From an uncultured beta proteobacterium (lineage in GTDB: Bacteria > Pseudomonadota > Gammaproteobacteria > Burkholderiales > Casimicrobiaceae), in contig CAWDTZ010000004.1 of assembly GCA_963805355.1 (NCBI GenBank), positions 203,757-267,756 on the forward strand: a stretch of DNA of 64,000 bases. Reading direction: 5' to 3'. Below, one piece after another: positions 40,435 through 52,945 of the stretch. The notes under the pieces were generated by a model. It saw nothing but the letters and a program-made list of their open reading frames with translations, did no database searches and was not told the origin of the DNA. Positions within the stretch are counted from its first letter, which is position 1; each line of letters opens with the position of its first letter. Made by a program: the position numbers and the translations under genes.

Positions 40435-41733
40435 ATGCCCGGCCACCAACTGCTGATGACGTTTCCCGTCACGGCCACTTCGCACACCCTGGCGGACTAT
40501 CTCGCGCGGGACGGCTATGCGACGTTGCGGCGCGTGCTGTCGACGATGAAGCCCGAGGAGGTTACCAAGGAGGTCAGCGCATCGGGGCTTCTCGGACACG
40601 GTGGCGCCGCGTTTCCGGCCGGCCGGAAGTGGGGCGTGATCCATCTCAACGACAACCAGCCGCACTATCTGTGCGCCAACGCCGACGAGGGCGAGCCCGG
40701 CACCTTCAAGGATCGCTGGATTCTCGAAAATGCGCCGCACCTGCTGCTCGAGTCCATGCTGATTGCCGCTTATGCACTGCAGGTCCGCCACGCGTTCGTC
40801 TACATCCGCGGCGAATTCGACCTGCCATACCGGCGACTGGCCGCTGCCGTCGAGGAGGCCTACGCAGCAGGGTATTTTGGCGAGCGCATCCTGGACAGCG
40901 AATTTTCCTGCGACGTTGTCGTCTACCGCGGCGCGGGTTCGTATGTTTGCGGCGAAGCCTCGGGCCTGCTGTCGTCGCTCGAGGGCAAGCGTGGCTATCC
41001 GCGCAACCGGCCACCGCGGCTGACCGTGCAGGGACTCTACAAGCGACCCACGGTCGTCAACAACGTGGAAACGCTGGCCAACATCGCCGGAATCATTGCG
41101 CACGGGGCCGATGCATACAAGCTTGTGGGTACCGCCAAATGTCCCGGCACACAACTGGTCTCCATTTCCGGCCATATTGCGAAGCCGGGCGTCTACGAAG
41201 TGGAGTACGGCTATCCGATGGCCCGATTCCTGCGCGAGGATTGCGGTGGCATGTTGCCGGGTCAGGCATTGAAATGCATCGTCCCCGGTGGCATTTCCAC
41301 CAAGGTGCTTACGGCTGCGGAAGTCGAGCCGCTCACCTTCGATCACCAGTCGTTCGCAGGCGCCGGTTCGTCGCTGGGCTCGGGCGGGATGATCGCCATT
41401 GCCGAGGGCACCTGCATGGTGCGCCTGCTGCAGGTGATGCTGCGCTTCTATCACCACGAATCGTGTGGCCAATGCACGCCTTGTCGCGAAGGCATGGGCT
41501 GGTTGCACCGGATCATCGATCGCATCGTCGCCGGGCAGGGCCAGCCCGAGGATATCGAAAGCCTGTATCGGATATCGCGGTTGCAGGACGGCATGACGAT
41601 CTGCGGGATGGGCGACGCCGCCGGCTACGCGACCATCGGCATCCTCGACAAGTATCGCGGCGAGTTCGAATACTGGATCCGGGAGAAGCATTCGCAGCTC
41701 GAAGGCAATCTCGAGGGAGCCGTGCATGCCTGA
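40435..41733 (+). CDS. nuoF: NADH:quinone oxidoreductase subunit F
   Basis: GHGGAAFPAGRKW, NADEGEPGTFKDR and ESCGQCTPCREG. Confidence 0.95.
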   Translation: MPGHQLLMTFPVTATSHTLADYLARDGYATLRRVLSTMKPEEVTKEVSASGLLGHGGAAFPAGRKWGVIHLNDNQPHYLCANADEGEPGTFKDRWILENAPHLLLESMLIAAYALQVRHAFVYIRGEFDLPYRRLAAAVEEAYAAGYFGERILDSEFSCDVVVYRGAGSYVCGEASGLLSSLEGKRGYPRNRPPRLTVQGLYKRPTVVNNVETLANIAGIIAHGADAYKLVGTAKCPGTQLVSISGHIAKPGVYEVEYGYPMARFLREDCGGMLPGQALKCIVPGGISTKVLTAAEVEPLTFDHQSFAGAGSSLGSGGMIAIAEGTCMVRLLQVMLRFYHHESCGQCTPCREGMGWLHRIIDRIVAGQGQPEDIESLYRISRLQDGMTICGMGDAAGYATIGILDKYRGEFEYWIREKHSQLEGNLEGAVHA

Positions 41734-43168
41734 AATCTTCATCAACGGGCAGTCGGTGCAGGCTGAGACCAACCAGACCGTCATGCAGGCGGCACTGGCC
41801 AACGGCTTCTACATCCCGTACTTCTGCTGGCATCCGCAATTGTCCATTGCTGGGAACTGCCGCATCTGCACCGTGCAGGTCGAGGGCCGCAGCTGGGTCG
41901 AGATCGCATGCAACATGCCCGTGACGGAAGGGCTGCACATCCTGACCGATTCCGATCTGGTGCGGGAGCACCGCAAGGCGACGATGCAGTTCATCACGCT
42001 CAACCATCCGGTCGACTGCGGCATCTGCGACAAGTCCGGCGAATGCACGCTGCAGGACTACCACTTCGCCTACAACGGCTCGCCGTCGGTGTCGCGCGAG
42101 CCGAAGGTGCACGCGACCAAGTATCACGACCTGTCCGCGCGCATCCTGCTCGACAACGAGCGCTGCATCCTCTGCTCGCGCTGCGTGCGCTTCACGCGCG
42201 AAATCTCGAAGTCGAACGCCCTGGGCATCAAGAATCGTGGCGACGTATCGCTGGTGCGCGCGGCCGAGGATTCGCCGCTCGATGGCGATCCCTATTCGGA
42301 TAACGTGATCGACATCTGCCCGGTCGGCGCGCTGCTGTCCAAACCGTTCCTGCACAAGGCGCGCGTCTGGTACCTGCAGCCCACGCCGTCGGTGTGCCCC
42401 GGCTGCGAACGCGGCTGCAGCGTCAACATCTGGCACCGCAAAGCCGAGTGGCGCCTGCGGGCGCTGGATCTGGCGCAGAACACCAGCGTCGCGCGTGTGA
42501 CGCCGCTTGACAACCCGGCTGTGAACGGGCCATGGATCTGCAACAAGGGACGCGACCTGGCGCAGGTGTTCGAGCGTCCGCGCGCCGACCACGCGATGCT
42601 GAAGGGCAAGCCGGTCGAGCTGGCGGTGGCCATCGACGCCGCGTGCCAACTGATCGACAAGGCCAATCACGCAGTGGCGCTGGTGTCGAGCTGGGGTTCG
42701 AACGAGGAGCTTGCCGCCTTCAAGGCGGCTTTGGGCGGCCGCTTCGCCACGTTCGTCAAGCGCGACCAGGAAGCCGTGCCCGGCGAGCGGATCGAGGACG
42801 ACCTTCTGATCCGTCCCGACAAGAATCCGAACACCGCCGGCGCGCGCGCCATTTTCGGCGAATCGAGCACGGTTGCGCCGACCTTTCCGGCCGGCACCGA
42901 CCTGGTGCTGGTCTGGGGCGAAGGCTGCCATTTCGCGCGCCTTCCCGCCGCCGCCAAGGTCATCTTCCTGAATTCGTACCTGCAGCCCGAGAATGGCCAT
43001 GCGGACGTCTTCCTTCCCATCAGCATCCAGACCGAGCGTGCCGGGCACTACACCAACTTCGCCGGCGTGGTGAGCGGGTTCGAGCGCTGTTTCGAGAAGA
43101 AACCCGCGGTGGCGGACGCGCAGGAACTCTTTACCGCACTGGCGGTTGGGGCAACGGTCCCGTCATGA
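41726..43168 (+). CDS. nuoG: NADH:quinone oxidoreductase subunit G, truncated form (480 aa)
   Basis: 2Fe-2S (C..GNCRIC), HPVDCGICDKSGEC, CILCSRCVRF, CPVGAL and CPGCERGC. The molybdopterin-oxidoreductase-like part is much shorter than usual. Confidence 0.85.
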   Translation: MPEIFINGQSVQAETNQTVMQAALANGFYIPYFCWHPQLSIAGNCRICTVQVEGRSWVEIACNMPVTEGLHILTDSDLVREHRKATMQFITLNHPVDCGICDKSGECTLQDYHFAYNGSPSVSREPKVHATKYHDLSARILLDNERCILCSRCVRFTREISKSNALGIKNRGDVSLVRAAEDSPLDGDPYSDNVIDICPVGALLSKPFLHKARVWYLQPTPSVCPGCERGCSVNIWHRKAEWRLRALDLAQNTSVARVTPLDNPAVNGPWICNKGRDLAQVFERPRADHAMLKGKPVELAVAIDAACQLIDKANHAVALVSSWGSNEELAAFKAALGGRFATFVKRDQEAVPGERIEDDLLIRPDKNPNTAGARAIFGESSTVAPTFPAGTDLVLVWGEGCHFARLPAAAKVIFLNSYLQPENGHADVFLPISIQTERAGHYTNFAGVVSGFERCFEKKPAVADAQELFTALAVGATVPS

Positions 43169-44313
43169 TCCAGGACCTGGTTGTCCACTTGGTCTACATC
43201 GGCTACGCGCTGGGCGTGTTGCTGACGTTCGGCACCGTGCTCACCTGGGTGGAGCGCAAGCAGGCGGCCGTCATGTCCGATCGCATCGGCGCCAATCGCG
43301 CCTATGTGCGTATCCCGTTCACCAAGGTCAAGCTGGTCTGGTGGGGCCTGTTCCACGGCATCGCCGATGGACTCAAGATGTTGTTGAAGGAGGATTGGCG
43401 GCCCCGGTCCTACGACTGGTACGCCTACGCCGTGGCCCCGTGGGTGGTGTTCACGCCGGTGCTCCTCGTGTTCGCGGTCATTCCGTTCGGCGGCACACTG
43501 GACCCGGGCAACCTGCTGCAAGCGCTGCCCGCGGCCGCGGCCTGGTTCGATGGCCAGACCTATCCGATGCAGATCGCACGGCTCGATGCCGGGCTGCTGA
43601 TCGTCTTTGCGTTCGGTGGCATGTCGATCATCGGTGCCATGCTGGCCGGCTGGTCGTCGTCGAATAAATTCTCGATGCTGGGCGCATCGCGGGCCGGCTC
43701 GCAGATGATCTCCTACGAGCTGGTCATGGGGCTCACCGTGCTGGGGCTGATCCTGATCTACGGCACGCTTGACCTCAACGTCATGGTGCAGCGGCAATCG
43801 GGCATCGTGCTGGGATTTTTGCCTGCGTGGGGCGTGATCTACCAGCCGTTTGCCGCCATTCTTTTCATGGCCGCGGCGATCGCCGAAAACAAGCGCATCC
43901 CATTCGACTTGCCGGAGGCCGAGTCCGAGCTCATTGCCGGCTTCTACACGGAATACAGCGCGATGAAAATGGGACTCTTCATGTTCGCCGAATTCATCGA
44001 AATCGCCATCGTGTCGGCACTTTTCGCGACGCTGTTCCTCGGGGGTTACAACCTGCCTTACATGTCCGATGCCGGCTTCACCTTTCCCGGCCATCATGTC
44101 GTGCCCATGGCGCACGGCCTGATCGTCGCGACGCAGCTCCTGGTATTTCTCGGCAAGGTGCTGCTGATGTCGAGCTTCCAGATCCTGATCCGCTGGTCGC
44201 TGCCGCGCTTCCGCTACGACCAGGTGCTGGTGTTCGCGTGGAAATTCATGCTGCCGCTGGCCATCGCCAACCTGGCGGTCACTGCCGTCGCCGTGTGGGC
44301 CCTTACGCCATGA
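43165..44313 (+). CDS. nuoH: NADH:quinone oxidoreductase subunit H
   Basis: The ATG overlaps the nuoG stop (ATGA). VERKQAAVMSDRIGANR and GWSSSNKFSMLGASRAGSQMISYE. Confidence 0.9.
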   Translation: MIQDLVVHLVYIGYALGVLLTFGTVLTWVERKQAAVMSDRIGANRAYVRIPFTKVKLVWWGLFHGIADGLKMLLKEDWRPRSYDWYAYAVAPWVVFTPVLLVFAVIPFGGTLDPGNLLQALPAAAAWFDGQTYPMQIARLDAGLLIVFAFGGMSIIGAMLAGWSSSNKFSMLGASRAGSQMISYELVMGLTVLGLILIYGTLDLNVMVQRQSGIVLGFLPAWGVIYQPFAAILFMAAAIAENKRIPFDLPEAESELIAGFYTEYSAMKMGLFMFAEFIEIAIVSALFATLFLGGYNLPYMSDAGFTFPGHHVVPMAHGLIVATQLLVFLGKVLLMSSFQILIRWSLPRFRYDQVLVFAWKFMLPLAIANLAVTAVAVWALTP

Positions 44314-45041
44314 GCGCGGCGGATCGTCCCATGCCCGAATCCCGACGTGCGCCGCACGAAGGTACTCCGGCACCTCGCAAACCGCACGTGCGTAAGGTGT
44401 ACTGGAACGCGCCCACGATGACGTGGTGGGAGCGGGCGTACCTGTTCGAGATCCTTCGCGGTCTCTTCATTACCGGCGGGGTGTTCCTGCGGAACATGGG
44501 CAAGTGGATGACCGGGCGGAAAGGCGCGCTCACCACATATTACCCGGAGGAAACGCGTGCTGACTATGCGGCGGGCAACCGCGGCAAGCACATCCTGACG
44601 CAGCGCCCCGACGGCCGGCCGCAGTGCATCGCCTGCAACATGTGCGCGACCGTGTGTCCCGCGCAAGTGATCGAGATCGACGCCGCATTCGACGCCGGCG
44701 ATCCGGCGCATCCCAAGTACCCATCCCGGTTCGAGATCGACTACTCACGCTGCATTTTTTGCGGGCTTTGCGTCGAGGCCTGCCCCGAAGACGCCATCCG
44801 GATGGTCAAGGAGACCCCGGCGTTGCCATCCGGCGATCGCGATCATATGTGGCTCAACCTCGCCGAACTCATCAGCTGGAATCCGCAGCGCGACGTCGCG
44901 AAGCCGTATCCGCCGCGCGACGAGGCGGCGGTGGGCGATCGGGTGGCGGATGCGGCGGTCAAACCCAGACAACCGCACCATGAGGCGGCCAGTCCCTATG
45001 GACAGCCGGCCGCTGCCGGAACGACGGGGCACACGCGATGA
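44310..45041 (+). CDS. nuoI: NADH:quinone oxidoreductase subunit I with N- and C-terminal extensions (243 aa)
   Basis: Two CxxCxxCxxxCP motifs (CIACNMCATVCP, CIFCGLCVEACP). ATGA overlap with nuoH. Pro/Ala-rich tails of about 40 and 60 aa. Confidence 0.9.
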   Translation: MSAADRPMPESRRAPHEGTPAPRKPHVRKVYWNAPTMTWWERAYLFEILRGLFITGGVFLRNMGKWMTGRKGALTTYYPEETRADYAAGNRGKHILTQRPDGRPQCIACNMCATVCPAQVIEIDAAFDAGDPAHPKYPSRFEIDYSRCIFCGLCVEACPEDAIRMVKETPALPSGDRDHMWLNLAELISWNPQRDVAKPYPPRDEAAVGDRVADAAVKPRQPHHEAASPYGQPAAAGTTGHTR

Positions 45042-45562
45042 TCGACACCATTCTCGGCAACCTGGATACGGCGCTGTTGTACGTTTTCGCCGCGTCCGCC
45101 CTCGTCGGCGCCGTGCTGATGCTCGTGCTGCGGCACCCGATGCAGGTGGCAATGGCCCTGATTTCGACGATGGTGTTCCTGGGCGGCATCTACGGCCTGC
45201 TCGGCGTGCACTTCATTGCGGCCTTCCAGGTGCTCATCTACGTCAGCGCGATCATGGTGTTCATGGTCTACGTGATCATGCTGCTCGATACACGCGACGC
45301 ATCATTCACGCACCGCTTTTCGTTCCTGGTCATGCCCGGGAGCGTCTTCGGGGTGCTGCTCTTTGCCTTGCTCGGGTACGCGATCTGGTTTGGCGTTGAC
45401 TACGTGGCGAGCACGGCGGCGTCATTCGGCCTCGCGCAGTTCGCCGCCGCGTTCCTGACCGAGTACTGGCTGCAATTCGAACTCACTTCGGTGCTGCTGG
45501 TGGCCGCGGTCGTCGCCGCGCTGGCCGTGATCAAGGGCAGCAGGGGCCGCGGCCGTGGATAG
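45038..45562 (+). CDS. nuoJ: NADH:quinone oxidoreductase subunit J
   Basis: 5 TM in the operon position expected for nuoJ. FQVLIYVSAIMVFMVYVIML. Confidence 0.85.
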   Translation: MIDTILGNLDTALLYVFAASALVGAVLMLVLRHPMQVAMALISTMVFLGGIYGLLGVHFIAAFQVLIYVSAIMVFMVYVIMLLDTRDASFTHRFSFLVMPGSVFGVLLFALLGYAIWFGVDYVASTAASFGLAQFAAAFLTEYWLQFELTSVLLVAAVVAALAVIKGSRGRGRG

Positions 45563-45563
45563 G

Positions 45564-45857
45564 ATGCAGATGCTCCTGCTGGTCGCCATGGCGCTCTTTG
45601 CGCTGGGTCTCGTCGGCGTCATTGTCCGGCGCAACCTGCTGGTGATGCTGATGTGCATGGAATTGATGCTGAACGGCGTGAACCTGTCGCTGGTCACCTT
45701 TGCCCAGCAAACCGGAACGACCGCTGGGGCGGTGCTGGTCTTCCTGATCTTCGTCGTGGCGGCGGCGGAAATTGCCATTGCCATTCCCATCGTGCTGGTG
45801 CTCGTCCGGCAGCGTCGCACGCTGGACGCCGACGCCTACACGGACCTGAGCGGATAG
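45564..45857 (+). CDS. nuoK: NADH:quinone oxidoreductase subunit K
   Basis: 3 TM and MCMELMLNGVNLS. Start is ambiguous (GTG 45555, ATG 45564 or ATG 45570). Confidence 0.85.
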   Translation: MQMLLLVAMALFALGLVGVIVRRNLLVMLMCMELMLNGVNLSLVTFAQQTGTTAGAVLVFLIFVVAAAEIAIAIPIVLVLVRQRRTLDADAYTDLSG

Positions 45858-45862
45858 CCGCG

Positions 45863-47729
<1,867 letters not shown>

Positions 47730-47737
<8 letters not shown>

Positions 47738-49268
47738 CGCCGTGCTGCTCAACGTCGTCCTGTTCCTGCCATTGGCCGGCATCGCGCTTTTGCTGCTCGT
47801 CCCCACCCGGTCCGAGGGCGCGATTCGCTGGGTGACCTTCTGGGTCATGGTCGTGCAACTCGCCCTCACGGTGCAGCTGTATGTGCATTTCGACGCGACC
47901 GTGCCTGCGTTGCAGTTCGAGACTCGAATGCCGTGGATCGCGGCTTGGGGCGTGTATTACCAGATCGGGCTCGACGGCTACAACATCCTGCTGGTGCTGC
48001 TCACCGCATTTCTCGGTCCGCTGGTCGTGGCCGGCGCATTCAGCGCGATCAGGAAGGACATCAAACTGTTTTACGCGATGGTGTTGCTGATCCAGTTCGC
48101 GATGCTGGGTACCTTCGTCGCACAGGATCTCTTTGTGTTCTACCTGTTCTGGGAAACGATGCTGATCCCGATGTTCCTCATCATCGGCATCTGGGGCGGC
48201 GAGCGGCGCATCTACGCGACGATCAAGTTCTTCCTGTACACGGCGTTCGGCAGCATCCTGATGCTGGCGGCGGTGATCTACCTCGTCTATTCGCTGCAGG
48301 CAACCAGCGGCGTGACGTCGTTTGCCTTTGCCGACCTCTACCGCGCGCAACTGCCACTGTCGGTGCAACTGGTCCTGCTGTCCGCTTTCGGTCTCTCCTT
48401 TGCGATCAAGGTGCCTATCGTTCCGTTTCACACCTGGCTGCCCGATGCCCACGTCGAGGCGCCCACCGCGGGTTCGGTCATCCTGGCCGGGGTGCTGCTG
48501 AAGATGGGCACGTACGGCTTCATGAAGCTGGGCTTTCCGCTTTTCCCCGATGCCACGCGCCACCTGGCGCCACTGATCATGACGCTGGCCGTCGTTTCGA
48601 TCATCTACGGCGCCTGCCTGGCGCTGGTGCAGAACGACATCAAGAAGATCATCGCGTATTCGTCCATCAGTCACCTGGGCTATGTGATGCTTGGACTCAT
48701 CAGTCTCGACCTGATCGGCATCCAGGGCGCGATCATCCAGATGGTCAGCCACGGCCTCACGGCAGCCGGCCTCTTCCTGCTGGTCGGTATGATCTATGAG
48801 CGCTGCCACACGCGTGAGCTTTCCGCGTACGGCGGGCTGGCCAAGCTGCTGCCAGTCTATTCGGTGTTCTTCATGATCCTGACGCTGGCATCGATCGGCT
48901 TGCCTACCACCAGCGGCTTCACCGGCGAATTCCTGGTGCTGTTGGGCGCGTTCAAGGCGTCCTGGCCGTTGCATGTCGCCGGCAACTCGCTGCCGCTCGT
49001 CCTCGCGGGCAGCGCGGTGCTGGGCGTGGTGCTCGGCGCGCTCTACATGCTGCGATTCGCGCAAGGCTTCCTGTTCGGCAAGGCGAAGGCGCCACAGGCG
49101 CCGCTTGTGGACCTCAACCTGCGCGAAAAACTGATCCTGGCGGCGATCGTCGCTGCCGTGTTCGTGTTGGGCCTCTTTCCCAACGAGCCACTTTCGAAGT
49201 CCGAACTTGCGGCAAAGGACTTCCAGCAACGGGTGATGAGCGTGGCCATTCCCGGAGATAGACCATGA
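47730..49268 (+). CDS. nuoM: NADH:quinone oxidoreductase subunit M
   Basis: FYLFWETMLIPMF and KVPIVPFHTWLPDAHVEAPTAGSVILAGVLLKMG. Confidence 0.95.
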
Positions 49269-50653
49269 GCTGGCTTGCCATCCTGACCGCCCTGGCACCG
49301 GAGAACCTGCTGCTCGCGGGGATAGTCGTGCTGATCGGCGCCGAGATTCTCGCGCAACGTGCATCGGCCGCGCTGGCGATTGCGCTGGTCATCGTGGCTT
49401 CGGCTTCCCTGGTTGCCACACTGCTGTTCGCCAGCGGGTATGCGGCCACGCCGTTCCCGGGCCACTACTCGATCGCGCCGGCCGGATCGCTTGCCAAGGC
49501 TCTTGTGCTGGCACTGGCGCTGCCGGTGCTGCTGCTGTCGCGCGACGACTTCGCCGAGGATGGCCAGTTCCATATCCTCGTGCTGTCATCGTTGTACGGT
49601 TTCTGCCTGTTGCTGTCGGCGGACAGTTTCCTCACGCTCTTCCTCGGTCTCGAGATCATGTCGCTGCCCGTGTACGTCCTGGTGCTGCTGGCGTTCAAGC
49701 GACCGGAAAGCCCGGAGGCGGCGTTGAAGTACCTGATCCTGGGTGGAACGGCGACCGCGATGTTCCTGATGGGCATCTCGCTGCTCTACGGTGGCACCGG
49801 CACGCTGGCGATCTCGACCTTCGCGGCAGGCTTGCGCTCCTCCGACACGATGGCGACGGCAGGCGTGACGCTGATCCTGCTGGCGTTCTTCCTGAAGGGG
49901 GCGATCGTGCCGTTCCATGCGTGGGCGCCGGACGCGTATGAAGGCGCGAGCATCCCGGTCACCGCCTACATGGCGACCATCATCAAGGCGGGCGTGCTGC
50001 TGGCGGCGCTGCGGCTCTTCGGCACGGAAGTCGTGTCGCGGCCCGTCGACGACCTGCTCGCGTTCCTGCCGCTGGTGTCGATCGTATGGGGCAATCTGGC
50101 GGCCATGCGCCAGCAGAGCTTCCGCCGGATGATCGCGTACTCCTCGGTGGCCCATGCGGGCTACTTGTTCTACGCCTTCCTGGGCGATGGCGCGGGCCGT
50201 TTCCAGGCGGTCCTGTTCTACCTGGTCGCGTACGGACTCATGAATCTCCTGGCATTGGCGTCGCTGCCGTCCGGCGACAACGATGTTCAACGCGATCGAC
50301 TCGACAACCTGAAGGGACTGTTCCAGCGCAGCCCATTTGCCGCGCTGATGATCGGCATGGCAATGCTGTCGCTGGCTGGCATCCCGCCGTTCCCGGGCTT
50401 CGTCGCCAAGTTCCTGATCTTCCGCAACGTGATGGCGGCGGGCTACACCACCTATGCAGTGCTGGGCCTGGTCGGCAGCTACCTCGGCATCTACTTCTAT
50501 CTGCGGGTGATCCAGTTGATGTTCATGAGCACGGATGTCGTGGCGACGCAACGGCCCGTCCACAATCGCGCGGCACTTGGCGCCAGCGGCCTGTGCCTGC
50601 TGGCGGTGATGGCCGTCGCCTTGTTTCCCGGGTGGGTGCTGGCTCAGCTGTAG
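49265..50653 (+). CDS. nuoN: NADH:quinone oxidoreductase subunit N
   Basis: ATGA overlap with nuoM. LGLEIMSLPVY and KGAIVPFHAWAPDAYEGA. Confidence 0.95.
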   Translation: MSWLAILTALAPENLLLAGIVVLIGAEILAQRASAALAIALVIVASASLVATLLFASGYAATPFPGHYSIAPAGSLAKALVLALALPVLLLSRDDFAEDGQFHILVLSSLYGFCLLLSADSFLTLFLGLEIMSLPVYVLVLLAFKRPESPEAALKYLILGGTATAMFLMGISLLYGGTGTLAISTFAAGLRSSDTMATAGVTLILLAFFLKGAIVPFHAWAPDAYEGASIPVTAYMATIIKAGVLLAALRLFGTEVVSRPVDDLLAFLPLVSIVWGNLAAMRQQSFRRMIAYSSVAHAGYLFYAFLGDGAGRFQAVLFYLVAYGLMNLLALASLPSGDNDVQRDRLDNLKGLFQRSPFAALMIGMAMLSLAGIPPFPGFVAKFLIFRNVMAAGYTTYAVLGLVGSYLGIYFYLRVIQLMFMSTDVVATQRPVHNRAALGASGLCLLAVMAVALFPGWVLAQL

Positions 50654-50693
50654 TCTCCAGCCGCGGCGCGAATGCCCGCAGTTGCCGGCGATG

Positions 50694-51170
50694 TCAGTTG
50701 CCGGCCCGCTTCGCCACCGGCGAGTGCATGTCCAGCAATTGCAGCCGCGTGGCCTGCAGCCGCTCCGAGACCACGCCCAGCAGCCGGTGCATCAGCACGT
50801 AGCCGAACTGGGCATCCTGCTTGCACGCGATCAACAGCTCGCCGCCGTCGAAGGCCAGTGCTTCGACGCGCTCGAGCGCGCGGGCCTGGAAGTGCTTGCG
50901 CTTGCCCATCAGGATGGCCGACCAGCCGAGCTCGTCGCCAGCGGTCAGCGTCTGCACGCGCAATGTGTGGTCGGGCACGGCAATCTCCAGCGCGACGAGT
51001 CCCGACAGGATCAGGTAGAACTCCCCGCATTCGTCGCCCTCGTGGAAGATGAGCTGGTCGCGTTCGAAGCGGACGCGAGTGGCCATTCCCGCGAGCTTGC
51101 TCACATGCTGAGGCTGGAATTCCTCGAGGAACGGATGTCGCTGCAGCAGGGTTACGACTGCCTCGGTCAT
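50694..51170 (-). CDS. stand-alone cyclic-nucleotide-binding (CAP effector) domain protein
   Basis: Starts at ATG 51170. IFHEGDECGEFYLILSGLVALEI...GDELGWSAIL. No HTH. 158 aa. Confidence 0.8.
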   Translation of the reverse strand: MTEAVVTLLQRHPFLEEFQPQHVSKLAGMATRVRFERDQLIFHEGDECGEFYLILSGLVALEIAVPDHTLRVQTLTAGDELGWSAILMGKRKHFQARALERVEALAFDGGELLIACKQDAQFGYVLMHRLLGVVSERLQATRLQLLDMHSPVAKRAGN

Positions 51171-51220
51171 GACTGCCCACCATCCTTTCGTGTGCCTGGC
51201 CGTGGGGCCGATGTGCCGCT

Positions 51221-52888
51221 TCAGCCCGCGGTGTAGTTTGCGTATCCGGGTTCGTACATGTGCGACTTGACGAATTCGAGCAGGTTGGCCGGTTGCGGCA
51301 CGTCGGCCAATCCTTCGCGCAATGCAACCGTGAATACTTCGGCGGCGATTTGCGCCGAGACGTCGCGCACGTTCTTCAACGGCGGAAACAGGCTGCCCTG
51401 CGCGAGGTCCGCGGCCGTCACCTGCGCGGCGAGCGTGCGTGCCGCCGCCATGAACATCGACTCGGTCACGCGCGACGCGCGAGACAGGATGAGGCCGAGT
51501 CCCATGCCCGGAAAAATGTAGGAGTTGTTGCCCTGACGTGGCACGAAGGTCTTGCCGCCCAGCGTGACGGACGGGAAGGGCGAGCCGCAGGCGAAGAGCG
51601 CCCGGCCGTCGGACCATTGATAGGCCTGCTCGGCTGTGCACTCGGATTTGGACGTGGGATTCGACAGCGCAAACACCATGGGCCGGGTGTTGATCGCCGC
51701 CATCGTGCGCACGATCGCCTCGGTGAAGGCGCCACCTACTGCGGCCACGCCGATGATGGCCGTCGGCTTGAGTGCCTGCACGGCCTCCAGCAGTGTGCCG
51801 GCCGGCTCGTGCGCGTGTGCAAACGGCAGCTTGTGGGCCGCCAGGCCGGTGCGCTGCGCCACCACCAGTCCCTGCGAGTCGAACAGCCAGCAACGCTGGC
51901 GCGCCGACGCCTGATCGAGGCCTTCCGCGACCATTGCCGCCACCACCAGTTCGGCAATACCGGTGGCCGCTTCACCGGCACCCTGGAACAGCAGCGTCTG
52001 TTCGCCCAGTTTGCTGCCGGTGATCCTCAATCCGGACAGGATGCCCGCCAGTGCGACGGCGGCCGTGCCCTGGATATCGTCGTTGAAAGTAGGAATCCTG
52101 TCGCGGTAGCGCTGCAGCAACCGGAACGCATTGTGGTTGGCGAAGTCCTCGAACTGGATCACAACGCCGGGGAAGACCTCCCGCGCCGCGGTGATGAATT
52201 CATCCACGAGCGCGTCGTATTCGGCGTCGCGCAGGCGCGGCTGCTGCAGCCCGAGATACATCGGGTCCTGCAGCAACGCCGGATTGTTGGTGCCGACATC
52301 CAGCAGCACCGGCAGGCAGGCGGTGGGTGCGACCCCCGCACAGGCGGTGTACAGCGAGAGCTTGCCGACCGGGATGCCCATCCCGTTGGCTCCGAGGTCG
52401 CCCAGGCCGAGGATGCGTTCGCCATCGGAAATCACGATGATCGAAACGTCACGGCGGGGCCAGTTGGCGAGAACCTCGGCGACACGCCCGCGATCGTGGG
52501 CGCTGACGAAAATGCCGCGCGGCCGCTGGAAGATGTGGCCGAACTGCTGGCAGGCGAGGCCCACGGTGGGCGTGTAGACGATGGGCGTCGTCTCGTCCGG
52601 ATAGTCCATCAGAATGCGGAAGAACAGCGACTCGTTGCGATCATGTAACGCGGTCAGGTTGATGAACTTCTCGAGGTCCGAGGTCTTGCGCCGGAAATTC
52701 TCGAGTACGCGCGCCACCTGCTCGTCCTGCGAGCAGATACGGGGGGGCAGCAGTCCGCGCAACCCGAGGCCGTCGCGCTCGGCGGCGGTGAACGCGGTGC
52801 CCTTGTTGTAGACGGGGTCCTGCAGCAATTGCATGCCCCGCAGATCCGGCCTTGCCGGCAACGGCGATCCAGCTGATGGGTGCGGCAT
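51221..52888 (-). CDS. maeA: NAD(P)-dependent malic enzyme (large, SfcA/MaeA type)
   Basis: LLQDPVYNKGTAFTAAER, IVYTPTVGLACQ, VISDGERILGLGDLGANGMGIPVGK and FQGAGEAATGIA. Confidence 0.9.
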   Translation of the reverse strand: MPHPSAGSPLPARPDLRGMQLLQDPVYNKGTAFTAAERDGLGLRGLLPPRICSQDEQVARVLENFRRKTSDLEKFINLTALHDRNESLFFRILMDYPDETTPIVYTPTVGLACQQFGHIFQRPRGIFVSAHDRGRVAEVLANWPRRDVSIIVISDGERILGLGDLGANGMGIPVGKLSLYTACAGVAPTACLPVLLDVGTNNPALLQDPMYLGLQQPRLRDAEYDALVDEFITAAREVFPGVVIQFEDFANHNAFRLLQRYRDRIPTFNDDIQGTAAVALAGILSGLRITGSKLGEQTLLFQGAGEAATGIAELVVAAMVAEGLDQASARQRCWLFDSQGLVVAQRTGLAAHKLPFAHAHEPAGTLLEAVQALKPTAIIGVAAVGGAFTEAIVRTMAAINTRPMVFALSNPTSKSECTAEQAYQWSDGRALFACGSPFPSVTLGGKTFVPRQGNNSYIFPGMGLGLILSRASRVTESMFMAAARTLAAQVTAADLAQGSLFPPLKNVRDVSAQIAAEVFTVALREGLADVPQPANLLEFVKSHMYEPGYANYTAG

Positions 52889-52945
52889 TTGGGCGTCCTC
52901 TCTAGTTGGGTCCGGTGCGCGGCGCCGCGGCGGCCGCCCGGTTGC